From Flavipsychrobacter sp. (GTDB taxonomy: Bacteria; Bacteroidota; Bacteroidia; Chitinophagales; Chitinophagaceae), in contig JBGAJU010000004.1 in the NCBI GenBank assembly GCA_044224775.1, positions 18,084 to 82,083 on the forward strand: a DNA stretch of 64,000 nucleotides. The letters are read 5' to 3'. The notes below the pieces were generated by a model. It saw nothing but the letters and a program-made list of their open reading frames with translations. It had not been told where the DNA came from and searched no databases. The translations under genes and the position numbers were made by a program. Below, one piece after another: positions 28,782-38,647 of the stretch (its first letter is position 1; each line of letters begins with the position of its first letter).

Positions 28782-31700
28782 ATGAAAAAAGTACGTTTAC
28801 TTATATCCTCTTTTTTATGTGTTTTGGGGGCAGCCGCAAGTAGTCATGCGCAGACGCTGATCATGAGGCCATATGCTGGTACAGGTGCCACAACACCCTT
28901 TACCGATAATGTTACTGCAACTGCAGCGACGATGAACAACCAGTACATGATCAACCTGGATCCGGCAGGCAATAACCTCTACATTGCCGATAACGGTAAT
29001 AACAGGGTTAGAAAGATAGACCTTAGTACACGTATCATAACAACTGTTGCCGGAACCGGAACCGGTGGTTTTACCGGCGATGGTGCAGCTGCAACTGCTG
29101 CACAACTGGGAGCCTCCGGCTTTGGCGTTCCAGGTGTTATAGGTGTATGTGCAGACGGTTCAGGAAACGTATTTATTGCAGACGGTTCAAACCAAAGGAT
29201 ACGTAAAGTAGATGCATCAGGTATCATCACTACTATTGGCGGTACAGGTACTGCCGGTTTCAGCGGTGATGGCGGTGCTGCAACATTAGCGCAGATCCGC
29301 AACCCAAGGGGCATGTGGGTTGATGGCGCAGGAAATGTATATTTTACGGAAGGCTCTTCGGGCGGTGGCGGTTCAACAACCCGCGTGCGGAAAATAGATG
29401 CTGCCGGTATCATTACTACTATTGCAGGAAATGGCACTGCAGGATATACAGCTGACGGCGTAGTAGCCACTACCACCAACCTGAATAACCCTCGCGGGCT
29501 ATGTGTTGACGGAGCAGGAAATGTGTACATAGCAGACTTTGGCAATAACCGCGTCCGCAGGGTGGATGGCACTACAAATATCATCACAACCATTGCGGGA
29601 ACCGGAACAGGTGGTTTTACCGGTGATGGCGGACCAGCCACGGCAGCAAGAGTTAATGGTCCACTGGATGTGAAAATGGACGGAGCAGGCAACCTTTATA
29701 TTGCTGATAACAGTAACTCGCGTGTGCGAAAAATAGATGCGGGTACTGGCAATATAAGCACTGTTGCCGGAAGTGGCACCGCAAATAATGATGCTGGAAA
29801 CTGGGGACTTGCTACAGGTGCGGCTATCAGACTTGCATCGCTTTCTTCTATCGCCGTTATGGCCAATGGAAACTATGTCTTTATTTCTGACAGGCAAGGT
29901 GGCGGCGGAACAACAGGTAACAGGATCAAGCAGGTTCGCCCGAACAGCCTTCCATACTTCACAGGTGGCAGCCGCCAGGGCTTCACTGCGTGTGAAGACG
30001 GGCCGGCCGTTGATTTCAGCACTAATGCTGCAGTAACTGATTCCGATTCTTACTCAGCTTCTGCCAACTCCCAGATCCTTACTTGGTCTATGGGCGCCTG
30101 GGCACCTTTGCATGGAACAGTTTCGGTAGGCGGTACTGCTCTCGCTAACACAAGCAGCGTGACGCCTGCAGGATTGACTTATACACCAGATGCGAGTTAC
30201 ACAGGAACCGACAGTTTTATTGTAACTGTATCTGATGGTTTCAATTCTACAAATGATACTTTGATCGTTACTGTGAATCCACTACCTGTTGTCAGCGCGA
30301 TCTCGGGTTCTACTTTCGAGGTTTGTGAAGGCTCATCCATCACAGTTACCAGCACCCCGGGTGGCGGTGTATGGGCTGCAAGCAACGCTAATGCAACGGT
30401 CTCAGGCGGAACAGTTACCGGCGTAACAGCAGGTACTGTGGATATCAGTTACACCGTAACGAACAGTTGTGGCCCACGAACTGTATCGCAGACCGTTACT
30501 GTAAATCCATTGCCGAATGCCGGCACGATCACGGGTGCTACCAACCTGTGTGAAGGCGGAACTACTGCATTATCTGATCCTGCAGGTGGCGGTGTGTGGA
30601 GCGCAAGTAATACTAACGCTACTGTTGATGCATTTGGTAATGTTACCGGTGTGACAATGGGTACAGTAACCATCAGCTACACAGTAACCAATATGTGCGG
30701 AACAGCCAACGCTACGCACGCGATGACAATAGAAGCTCTTCCTGCAGCAATTTCCGGATCAAATACTGTATGCGAAGCTGCAAGTATCATATTGTCGACT
30801 ACTTCAACCGGCGGCACCTGGAGTGCAAGCAACTCTAATGCAACAGTATCCGGAGGCCTGGTTACGGGTGTTACTGCGGGTACAGTAGACATCAGCTATA
30901 CGCTGATAAATGCATGCGGCACTAACTCGGCCGTAAAGTCGGTTACAGTAAATCCGTTACCTGTTGCAGGCACTATAACCGGGGCGACAAATGTTTGTAT
31001 ATCAGGCATCGTGCTGTTTACAAGCAGCGCGTCGGGTGGAACATGGAGCGCAAGTAATGCTAATGCCAGCGTAGACGGATCGGGCAATGTTACCGGCGTA
31101 ACTGCAGGATCGGTAGTTATTTCCTACAGCGTTACAAACGGTTGCGGCACAGCTGTTGCCACTTTCCCGGTTAACGTAGTTTCTACACCAACAGCAGGCA
31201 CAATTACAGGATTGTCAAACGTTTGTCCGGCTTCGGTTATTACACTCAGCGACCTGACCGCGGGTGGCACGTGGAGCGCAAGCAATGCTAATGCTACAGT
31301 TGATGCTTCCGGTAATGTTACCGGTGTAACAGCGGGTACTGTAGATATCAGCTACACTGTTACTGCATCTTGTGGTTCAGCGAGCACATTTAAAACGATA
31401 ACTGTTGACCCGCTGCCTGTTCCCGGTACAATTTCGGGATCTGCAAATGTTTGCCTCAGTGGCACAACAACACTTTCTGCATCTTCACCGGGCGGCACAT
31501 GGTCGTCGGCAAGCACATCTACGGCAACCGTTTCAGGTCTGGGTGTTGTTACAGGCATGACCGTTGGCTCAACAACTATCTCTTACGGAGTAACGAATGT
31601 ATGTGGTACTCTATACGCAACGCATAGCATAACAGTTGACCCGATACTTACTCCATCGGTTAGCTTCTCTGCAACCCCGGGCTTTAACACCTGTCCCGGT

Positions 31701-32981
31701 ACGCTGGTGACATACACTGCAGCTCCTGTTAACGGTGGCAGCTCTCCGGCATATGAATGGCGAGTTAATGGTTTTGTTCTTGGCGCAGGAGCAACCTTCA
31801 ATCATATTCCTGTGAACGGTGACAGGATTTCTGTAAGGATGACAAGCAGCGCACCATGCGTTTCTACCTCTATGGTTTATGATACAGTTGTTGCCGTTGT
31901 TTATCCTACACTAACGCCTTCTGTAAGCATTTCTACAGGCATAGTTGGTGATACGGTTTGTGTGGGTACACCTGTATCTTATTACCCGACACCTGTTAAC
32001 GGCGGCACAACTCCTGGTTATACATGGTACGTGAACGGTGCAGCTGCAGGCAGCGGAAGTCCTTTCACTTATGTTCCTGCTGATGGAGATATTGTCACTA
32101 CTGCATTGGCAAGCAGCTACGTTTGTCCATCAGTTGCATCGGTAATGAGTAACAGCATAACTATGACTGTTGATGTAACGCAAACGCCTGCAATAACTGT
32201 CACCGCAAGTCCTACATCTAACATATGCATAGGCTCAATGGTTACATTCTCAGCTCATCCATTGTATGGTGGCCTGACCCCATTATTCAGGTGGTCGAGG
32301 AATGGTGTTTATGTGGCTACAGGTATGACATTCTCTTACGCACCATCGAACGGTGACAATGTTAAGTGCCTGCTTGCCAGCAGCTCAACATGCCGCACCC
32401 TGGATACTGTGTTCAGCAACAACGTGCATATGAACGTTACCAGCCCACAGCCAATTTCTGTTACCATAAGCCAGTCTACGTCGCTGATAGGCGTTGGACA
32501 AAATGCCGTATTCACTGCTCTTGTAACAACAACATCGTTTACCCCAACATATCAATGGTATGTGAACGGAACGGCTGTGTCCGGTGCAACTAACAATACC
32601 TTCACCGTAGCAGGCGCCGTAGCAGGCACAAAAACGGTTAATTGCGTTGCCGGCACAGGCGATGCCTGTTATACTACTGCATCAAGTAACATACTTACTC
32701 TGAATGTTGCGCCTGCGGCTGTGAACGAACTGAACGGCGCAACGAACGAGCTGAAGCTGGCACCTAACCCGAATAAAGGAGTATTCTCTATGAATATGAT
32801 CTCTGAATTCAATGAGCCGGTGCATGTGATAATTACGAACATTATAGGCAAGAAAGTAAAAGAATTTACTGCATACACCAATAAAGACGTAGAAGTAATA
32901 CTTAGTCAGCCTGCAGGCATCTATATGCTGTCTGCGGCCACTGAACATGGCAACTACGTAGCTAAGGTTTACGTTCAGTAA
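28782..32981 (+). CDS. Giant T9SS-secreted surface protein: NHL-type beta-propeller repeats, Ig-like repeat arrays and a C-terminal sorting domain
   Basis: Signal peptide. About 6 units of the form YIAD.GNNRVRKID...IITT.AGTGT.GF.GDGG.AT. Six units of about 75 aa with the pattern VC.G......GG.WS.SN..ATV...G.VTGV..GTV.ISY.VTN.CG. Four units of about 89 aa. C-terminus LKLAPNPNKGVFSMN...IYMLSAATEHGNYVAKVYVQ is typical of a Por/T9SS CTD. Confidence 0.85.
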   Translation: MKKVRLLISSFLCVLGAAASSHAQTLIMRPYAGTGATTPFTDNVTATAATMNNQYMINLDPAGNNLYIADNGNNRVRKIDLSTRIITTVAGTGTGGFTGDGAAATAAQLGASGFGVPGVIGVCADGSGNVFIADGSNQRIRKVDASGIITTIGGTGTAGFSGDGGAATLAQIRNPRGMWVDGAGNVYFTEGSSGGGGSTTRVRKIDAAGIITTIAGNGTAGYTADGVVATTTNLNNPRGLCVDGAGNVYIADFGNNRVRRVDGTTNIITTIAGTGTGGFTGDGGPATAARVNGPLDVKMDGAGNLYIADNSNSRVRKIDAGTGNISTVAGSGTANNDAGNWGLATGAAIRLASLSSIAVMANGNYVFISDRQGGGGTTGNRIKQVRPNSLPYFTGGSRQGFTACEDGPAVDFSTNAAVTDSDSYSASANSQILTWSMGAWAPLHGTVSVGGTALANTSSVTPAGLTYTPDASYTGTDSFIVTVSDGFNSTNDTLIVTVNPLPVVSAISGSTFEVCEGSSITVTSTPGGGVWAASNANATVSGGTVTGVTAGTVDISYTVTNSCGPRTVSQTVTVNPLPNAGTITGATNLCEGGTTALSDPAGGGVWSASNTNATVDAFGNVTGVTMGTVTISYTVTNMCGTANATHAMTIEALPAAISGSNTVCEAASIILSTTSTGGTWSASNSNATVSGGLVTGVTAGTVDISYTLINACGTNSAVKSVTVNPLPVAGTITGATNVCISGIVLFTSSASGGTWSASNANASVDGSGNVTGVTAGSVVISYSVTNGCGTAVATFPVNVVSTPTAGTITGLSNVCPASVITLSDLTAGGTWSASNANATVDASGNVTGVTAGTVDISYTVTASCGSASTFKTITVDPLPVPGTISGSANVCLSGTTTLSASSPGGTWSSASTSTATVSGLGVVTGMTVGSTTISYGVTNVCGTLYATHSITVDPILTPSVSFSATPGFNTCPGTLVTYTAAPVNGGSSPAYEWRVNGFVLGAGATFNHIPVNGDRISVRMTSSAPCVSTSMVYDTVVAVVYPTLTPSVSISTGIVGDTVCVGTPVSYYPTPVNGGTTPGYTWYVNGAAAGSGSPFTYVPADGDIVTTALASSYVCPSVASVMSNSITMTVDVTQTPAITVTASPTSNICIGSMVTFSAHPLYGGLTPLFRWSRNGVYVATGMTFSYAPSNGDNVKCLLASSSTCRTLDTVFSNNVHMNVTSPQPISVTISQSTSLIGVGQNAVFTALVTTTSFTPTYQWYVNGTAVSGATNNTFTVAGAVAGTKTVNCVAGTGDACYTTASSNILTLNVAPAAVNELNGATNELKLAPNPNKGVFSMNMISEFNEPVHVIITNIIGKKVKEFTAYTNKDVEVILSQPAGIYMLSAATEHGNYVAKVYVQ
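28930..29940 (+). repeat. Coding repeats: about 6 NHL-like propeller blades (approximate bounds)
   Basis: The peptide unit ...GNVYIAD.GNNR.RK.D..G.ITT.AGTGT.G..GDGG.A... recurs about every 55-60 aa. Confidence 0.7.
30288..31649 (+). repeat. Six tandem coding repeats of about 227 nt (Big_2-like Ig domains with a conserved Cys pair)
   Basis: Units start VVSAISGSTFEVCEG, NAGTITGATNLCEGG, AAISGSNTVCEAA, VAGTITGATNVCISG, TAGTITGLSNVCPAS and VPGTISGSANVCLSG. Confidence 0.85.
31650..32714 (+). repeat. Four tandem coding repeats of about 266 nt (second Ig-like or PKD-like module type)
   Basis: Units start TPSVSFSATPGFNTCPG, TPSVSISTGIVGDTVCVG, TPAITVTASPTSNICIG and PISVTISQSTSLIGVGQ. Each contains the pattern Y.W.VNG......F...P..GD. 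Confidence 0.8.
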
Positions 32982-33001
32982 GTAGTAACTTTTTATAGCT
33001 G

Positions 33002-33036
33002 AAAGGCACATAGGATCAAACCCTATGTGCCTTTTT
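33002..33036 (+). terminator. Rho-independent terminator
   Basis: Stem aaaggcacatagg / cctatgtgccttt followed by ttt, just after the stop of the giant gene. Confidence 0.75.
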
Positions 33037-33077
33037 AGTAAATTTACTAGTAGTTGCGCTTTATTAACCTTAATAAA

Positions 33078-33848
33078 ATGGAATATTCAAAATCAATAGA
33101 TCGGCTTAGAAAAATAATGGATGAGCTGAGGGATCAGTGCCCATGGGATAAAAAGCAAACCATACATACCCTGCACCCCCAGACACTTGAAGAAGTTTAC
33201 GAACTATGTGAAACCATAGTGAATGAGGATTGGCAAGGATTGAAAGAAGAGCTTGGCGACATGCTGCTGCATATTGTATTCTATAGCAAGATCGGCAGCG
33301 AACAAAACCAGTTTACACTTGATGATGTAATAGAAGGTATCTGCAATAAACTCATTAACCGGCATCCGCACATTTACAGTAACGTAAAAGTGGAAGACGA
33401 TAATGATGTGAAACAGAATTGGGAAAAGATAAAACAGCAGGAAGGCAAGAAATCTATTTTAAGCGGTATACCATCAGGCATGCCTGCGCTTATTAAAGCA
33501 CTTAGGCTCCAGGAAAAAACGAAAAAGGTGGGCTTTGAGTGGGAAAATACCGCACAGGTAAGAAACAAAGTTGAAGAAGAACTGGGTGAGCTATATGAAG
33601 CGGTGGAGCAAAACAGCACAGAGGAAATGGAAAACGAAATGGGTGATGTGTTGTTTGCGTTGATCAATTATGCGCGTTTTATTAACGTTGATCCGGAGCG
33701 AGCTCTTGAAAAAACCAATAAAAAATTCATCCGCCGTTTTACTAAAGTTGAAGATATGGCTGCAGAGCAGGGAAAATCGCTGCACGATATGACCCTTTGG
33801 GAAATGGACGCATTGTGGAATAAAGTAAAAGAGACGGAAGCTAAATAA
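33078..33848 (+). CDS. mazG: Nucleoside triphosphate pyrophosphohydrolase MazG (tandem MazG domains)
   Basis: CPWDKKQT, EEVYELCETI, EELGDMLLHIVFYS and a second EMGDVLFALINYAR. ATG at 33078 preferred over TTG at 33054. Confidence 0.9.
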   Translation: MEYSKSIDRLRKIMDELRDQCPWDKKQTIHTLHPQTLEEVYELCETIVNEDWQGLKEELGDMLLHIVFYSKIGSEQNQFTLDDVIEGICNKLINRHPHIYSNVKVEDDNDVKQNWEKIKQQEGKKSILSGIPSGMPALIKALRLQEKTKKVGFEWENTAQVRNKVEEELGELYEAVEQNSTEEMENEMGDVLFALINYARFINVDPERALEKTNKKFIRRFTKVEDMAAEQGKSLHDMTLWEMDALWNKVKETEAK

Positions 33849-33851
33849 GCA

Positions 33852-36800
33852 ATGTTCAGGCGTTATCCATATTGGGGCTGGCTGCTCGTGAGCCTTATTC
33901 TCTGGTGTATGAATGGTTATTACTTCCATCTGCACGAGAAGGACACTATGCCCGAAAGTATGGCTGCAGCCGTGAATAGCGAACTGAATTACCAGTATGA
34001 AGCTTATGAAGATTTTATTATAGACCAGGAACTTGTGCGCAATGTATTTTCAGACTCTCTTTCGCCCGAAGAATTCAACGACATAAAAACCCTCCCATTT
34101 TATATTTATGCCTACCAACATGATTCTTTAACATTCTGGAACACTAACACCATCATAGCCGATATCAGCGACAGTGCTTTTATATCAGAAAGGCTATTGC
34201 GAAACGATAAAGGCGTATTTGTTGAGAAAAACATTCATCCCAAATTCCTGGACAGCAGCAAAACACTGGTAGTATTGTTCCCGGTCGCTATAACCTACCC
34301 GATAGAGAACAACTACCTGACCTCGCATTACATTGCTTCCGACAATATACCTGTAAATACCAGGATAACATTCACAGGAACCCATTCCCGAAATGAATTT
34401 CCAATAGGTATCGCTGAGCGAAAACCTATATTTTATCTCCAGTTCAATACGCAGGATATTGAAAAATGGACACCCGATAGCCTGTCGATAATGCTGCTTT
34501 TAACAGCGCTCATCGCAAGCATATGGTGGGTACAGCTGATCATTATACGCCTTACTCAAAACACTTCTGCATCGCTGGGGTTTTTCTTGACACTTGCTGT
34601 TATCCTCACCGTGCGTTGCATGCTCTACATATATGGCCTTCCTTTCAACCTGGATACATTAAAATTCTTCTCTCCGTCCCTATACGCCTCAAGCATCTAC
34701 CTGTCTTCGTTAGGAGACCTGTTTATCAATAGCATCTGTGTTCTATGGCTGGTTATATTCATTACAAGGCATACTCCCTACAAAGCGTATTTCAAGCCTG
34801 AAATGAGCGCCACATTCCGTCACACGATCGCTATAGTATTGACAACACTGCTGCTTGCTTATGTTTATCTCTATGTGAATATTATTCGCAGTCTTGTGGT
34901 GGACTCCAGCATCGCGTTCGATGTAAGCCATTTTTATTCTATTGACCTTTATACATTACTGGGCCTGCTTATTATCTGTATCATTACCGGCATTTCTTGT
35001 TTAATAATATACCTTTTCAATGTGCAGCTGAATGTGCTTATCAAAAGCAGGTTAACAAAGTATGTATTGGTTGCGCTCATAGGAATGGTACTGATAACGG
35101 TTGCCGGCATCACGCATCATTATGGCAAAAATGCAATGTCGTTCGAATGGCTGTTCTATTGCCTGCTGCTTGTTTGGTTAGTTGTGTTTATCCCGTTGTT
35201 GGACAACAAAAAGCTGACACTTGTATCTGACCTTTTTGAACCACACATGATATTCTGGGGTGTATTCATTTGCCTCTCTGGAACAGGGGTATTGTATTAT
35301 TACAACCAAGTAAAAGAGCGCGAAGCACGTATTGCCTACGTGAACACACACCTGATGCCTAAGAGGGACAACCCGATGGAATTTACTTTTGAAGAAACAG
35401 CAAGAAAGATACAACAAGACAAAAAACTTAAGGACTTCTTCAATGATCCTTCACTCACCGCCCGGAAAACACTAAATCAGTTATTCGACCAGCAATACCT
35501 TTCGCGTTTTGCTTTTAATCAATACCAGACCAGGCTATATCTGTTTGACGCCAGGGAAAAGAACCTGTTCAACAAGGACACCTCTACTGATTTTGCAGCA
35601 CTGATGGAAGAGAAAAACGAATCTTTTTCAACAAACTCGTCGTACCTGTTTTATAATGAGAACCTGCACGAGCGGCATTTCTACCTTTCTTATATACCTA
35701 TATACAGCGACGTTGTAAATAAGATATTGGGCTACGTTTTTATTGACTTCGACCTTAAAAAGGCCATCACACAGACCGTTAACACTGAGCTACTGCAGCC
35801 TCCATCGGGTGGTGTGAGCACAAAAGATGATGAATACGCCTATGCAGAGTACGTGAACAATAAGATATTTTCGCAAACAAATGACTATCCTTTTTCAGCA
35901 TACCTTAAAGACGATACGCTTAAAAAGGAACAGGACTACGTCTTTCACCGCAGGAACAACATCACAGAGCTTTATTATAAAATATCTGACAAGAGTACTA
36001 TCGTTATAGTCCGGCAGCACAGCCAGATCATCGAAATGATATCTCTGTTCTCTTACCTTTTTGTTATAGAGATATTGATCGCAGTAATTATCCTAGCATA
36101 CCAGCTCTATTTTTCATATTTCTCAGGCAAGCTTGGTAGTGAGAAGATCATCCGGTTCACATTAAGGCGAAGGGTGCACTTTTCTATGCTAACAGTAGTG
36201 CTCATTTCCTTTATTATCATAGGGTGTGTTACAATATTCTTCTTCAGTGTACAGTATAAGACAGCAAACAATACAAATTATCAGTCGGCGATGCAACTGG
36301 CGCGGCAAACGATACAGGATAACCTGAAGATGCAAAAAGCATTTTCGAGCGATGCCACATTCGATTCCGTAAGCAGGTCTAACAGCTTTAAATCATTTAT
36401 TACCACACTTGCCAACGGCCAGAAAATAGACATCAACATCTACGGGAAAAATGGCATGCTATTGAATACTTCGGAAGATGATATCTATAATAAAGGATTG
36501 ATATCCCATGTGATGCGCGCTGACGCTTATTATCGGCTTAACAAAATGGGAAGAACCATAGTGATACAAAATGAGAACGTAGCAGGACTTTCCTATTTGT
36601 CGGCCTACCAGCCTATGCGCAACGACAAGGGCATTGTATATGGTTTTATTAACGTACCATTCTTCACCTCTCAAAAAGAACTGAACTACCAGATATCCAA
36701 TATCGTTGTTACGCTTATCAATCTGTACGCATTCATATTCCTCTTATCTAGTGTTATTGCCATATTCATCACCCGTTGGATCACTAAATCGTTCAGCATA

Positions 36801-37622
36801 ATCATCCAGCAGTTCGGCCGCATCAACCTGCAGCAGAATGAGCGCATCACATGGCCATACGACGATGAAATAGGGTTACTAGTGAGCGAATACAATAAAA
36901 TGGTGAACAAAGTGGAAGAGAATGCAGCTATACTGGCCCAAAGTGAACGCGAAAGCGCATGGCGTGAAATGGCACGGCAGGTGGCACACGAGATCAAGAA
37001 CCCGCTGACACCTATGAAACTGAATATACAGCACCTGCAACAGGCTATGCGCAACGATAGCCCGAACATAAAAGAGCTCACAGACAGGGTATCTTATTCT
37101 ATTATTGAGCAAATAGACAACCTGTCCTACATAGCCTCCGAATTCTCCAACTTTGCCAAAATGCCAGAGGCGCGTGCCGAGGAACTGGAGTTGGTTGCCC
37201 TGTTGCACAAAGCCACAGAACTTTATACCAACTTCGACAATATAACGGTAACAATAAAAGAAAGTTCGCCCAAAATATTTGTGCAGTCGGATCATAGCCA
37301 GTTGCTGCGGGTATTTACCAATTTGCTCGAGAATGCAAAACAAGCTATTCCACAGGGGGCGGAAGGACGAATAGATGTATCAATATCCGTACAGGATGGA
37401 CATACCCTGATAACTATAGCAGATAACGGGGCAGGCATTCCTGACGATATAGTGAAAAAAATGTTCCAACCTTATTTTACAACAAAATCATCAGGCACAG
37501 GATTGGGCCTGGCAATGACCAAAAAGATAATTGAGTTCTGGAAAGGTGAAATATGGTTTGATACTAAAGAAGGTGAGGGAACTACGTTTTACATAAAGTT
37601 GCCACTGATAGAACAGGGGTAG
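33852..37622 (+). CDS. Large multi-pass sensor histidine kinase (NtrY-like catalytic core)
   Basis: H-box AHEIKNPLTPM, N-box LLENAKQA, G1 DNGAGIP and G2 SGTGLGLAMTKKII. More than 10 TM helices and two large extracytoplasmic regions precede the kinase core. No response regulator is adjacent. Confidence 0.85.
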   Translation: MFRRYPYWGWLLVSLILWCMNGYYFHLHEKDTMPESMAAAVNSELNYQYEAYEDFIIDQELVRNVFSDSLSPEEFNDIKTLPFYIYAYQHDSLTFWNTNTIIADISDSAFISERLLRNDKGVFVEKNIHPKFLDSSKTLVVLFPVAITYPIENNYLTSHYIASDNIPVNTRITFTGTHSRNEFPIGIAERKPIFYLQFNTQDIEKWTPDSLSIMLLLTALIASIWWVQLIIIRLTQNTSASLGFFLTLAVILTVRCMLYIYGLPFNLDTLKFFSPSLYASSIYLSSLGDLFINSICVLWLVIFITRHTPYKAYFKPEMSATFRHTIAIVLTTLLLAYVYLYVNIIRSLVVDSSIAFDVSHFYSIDLYTLLGLLIICIITGISCLIIYLFNVQLNVLIKSRLTKYVLVALIGMVLITVAGITHHYGKNAMSFEWLFYCLLLVWLVVFIPLLDNKKLTLVSDLFEPHMIFWGVFICLSGTGVLYYYNQVKEREARIAYVNTHLMPKRDNPMEFTFEETARKIQQDKKLKDFFNDPSLTARKTLNQLFDQQYLSRFAFNQYQTRLYLFDAREKNLFNKDTSTDFAALMEEKNESFSTNSSYLFYNENLHERHFYLSYIPIYSDVVNKILGYVFIDFDLKKAITQTVNTELLQPPSGGVSTKDDEYAYAEYVNNKIFSQTNDYPFSAYLKDDTLKKEQDYVFHRRNNITELYYKISDKSTIVIVRQHSQIIEMISLFSYLFVIEILIAVIILAYQLYFSYFSGKLGSEKIIRFTLRRRVHFSMLTVVLISFIIIGCVTIFFFSVQYKTANNTNYQSAMQLARQTIQDNLKMQKAFSSDATFDSVSRSNSFKSFITTLANGQKIDINIYGKNGMLLNTSEDDIYNKGLISHVMRADAYYRLNKMGRTIVIQNENVAGLSYLSAYQPMRNDKGIVYGFINVPFFTSQKELNYQISNIVVTLINLYAFIFLLSSVIAIFITRWITKSFSIIIQQFGRINLQQNERITWPYDDEIGLLVSEYNKMVNKVEENAAILAQSERESAWREMARQVAHEIKNPLTPMKLNIQHLQQAMRNDSPNIKELTDRVSYSIIEQIDNLSYIASEFSNFAKMPEARAEELELVALLHKATELYTNFDNITVTIKESSPKIFVQSDHSQLLRVFTNLLENAKQAIPQGAEGRIDVSISVQDGHTLITIADNGAGIPDDIVKKMFQPYFTTKSSGTGLGLAMTKKIIEFWKGEIWFDTKEGEGTTFYIKLPLIEQG

Positions 37623-37624
37623 TA

Positions 37625-38629
37625 TTACCACACCTGCACTTCTCTTTCCAACTCTATACCAAACTTTTCTTCCACAGAATCAAGTATTTGTTGAGATAAT
37701 GCCCAAACCTCGTTTCCTTTTGCATTGCCATAATTAACAAGCACCAGCGCCTGTTTTGTATGCACACCCGTATCGCCGGATCTGTGGCCCTTCCAGCCAC
37801 ATTGTTCTATCAGCCAACCTGCAGGCACTTTCACCAACTCATCACTTACTTTGTATGACGGCATATTGGGATGCGCAGCATGAAGCGCATCGAATTGAGA
37901 TCTATGAATAGTCGGGTTTTTGAAGAAGCTGCCCGCATTACCAATTTGTTTAGGGTCGGGTAACTTACTGATTCTAATATTAATGACCGCCTGTGCAATT
38001 GCTTTTACTGACGGTTCATGTACGCCCATGCTTTTCAGTTCCTGTTCAATTGCACCGTAGGTGGTATTGAACTGCGGTTGCTTATTTAATTTATATACCA
38101 CCGAAGTAATAAATACACTATCCTTTAGACCATGCTTAAAAACACTATCCCTATATCCAAATGCGCAATCCTGGTTGCTTAGGGTAATAAATGTTTTTTC
38201 CTCCCAGCTCCAGAATGTTACACTTTCAATAGTTTCTTTTGCTTCAACTCCATATGCACCGATGTTTTGCATAGGCGAAGCCCCCACCGTTCCTGGTATG
38301 AGAGCCAGGTTCTCAATACCACCCCACCCTTTGTCTATGGCGTACAACACAAAGTCATGCCATATCTCTCCAGAGGCAACATTCAGCCATACATTGTTTT
38401 CATTCTCTTTGACAACTGATATTCCTTTCAAGGTATTCTGTAGCACCAAACCCTTTACAGGTTGCGTTAACAGTATGTTGCTGCCTCCGCCAAGTATGTG
38501 TTTTTGATGCGGCAATGCGGCTACCTCTCCCAACAAATCAATACTATTCAATACGGCAAAGTACTCTGCCGGTACATTAACACCGAACGTATTATATGGT
38601 TTGAGAGAAATATTTTGTTGAAGTTGCAT
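37625..38629 (-). CDS. murB: UDP-N-acetylenolpyruvoylglucosamine reductase MurB
   Basis: GGGSNILL FAD-binding motif, AGWLIEQCGWKG, QALVLVNYGNAKG. 334 aa. Confidence 0.9.
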   Translation of the reverse strand: MQLQQNISLKPYNTFGVNVPAEYFAVLNSIDLLGEVAALPHQKHILGGGSNILLTQPVKGLVLQNTLKGISVVKENENNVWLNVASGEIWHDFVLYAIDKGWGGIENLALIPGTVGASPMQNIGAYGVEAKETIESVTFWSWEEKTFITLSNQDCAFGYRDSVFKHGLKDSVFITSVVYKLNKQPQFNTTYGAIEQELKSMGVHEPSVKAIAQAVINIRISKLPDPKQIGNAGSFFKNPTIHRSQFDALHAAHPNMPSYKVSDELVKVPAGWLIEQCGWKGHRSGDTGVHTKQALVLVNYGNAKGNEVWALSQQILDSVEEKFGIELEREVQVW

Positions 38630-38647
38630 TTTGCTGCAAATGTAATT

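Noticed and set aside
28979-29692. 237-aa ORF on the minus strand inside the NHL-repeat region, plus many 60-130-aa minus-strand ORFs at 30197-31805.
   Set aside because: These are shadow ORFs produced by the Gly/Thr/Ala-rich, GC3-biased repeats of the giant plus-strand gene. Their translations are low-complexity Pro/Val/Ala strings with no signal peptide or motif. The plus frame runs uninterrupted for 1399 codons with clear domain logic.
30288-32714. Regularly spaced DNA repeats that could superficially suggest a CRISPR-like or satellite array.
   Set aside because: The repeat periods (about 227 and 266 nt) are in frame and encode Ig-like domains within one continuous ORF. There is no repeat-spacer structure, and no cas genes are present.
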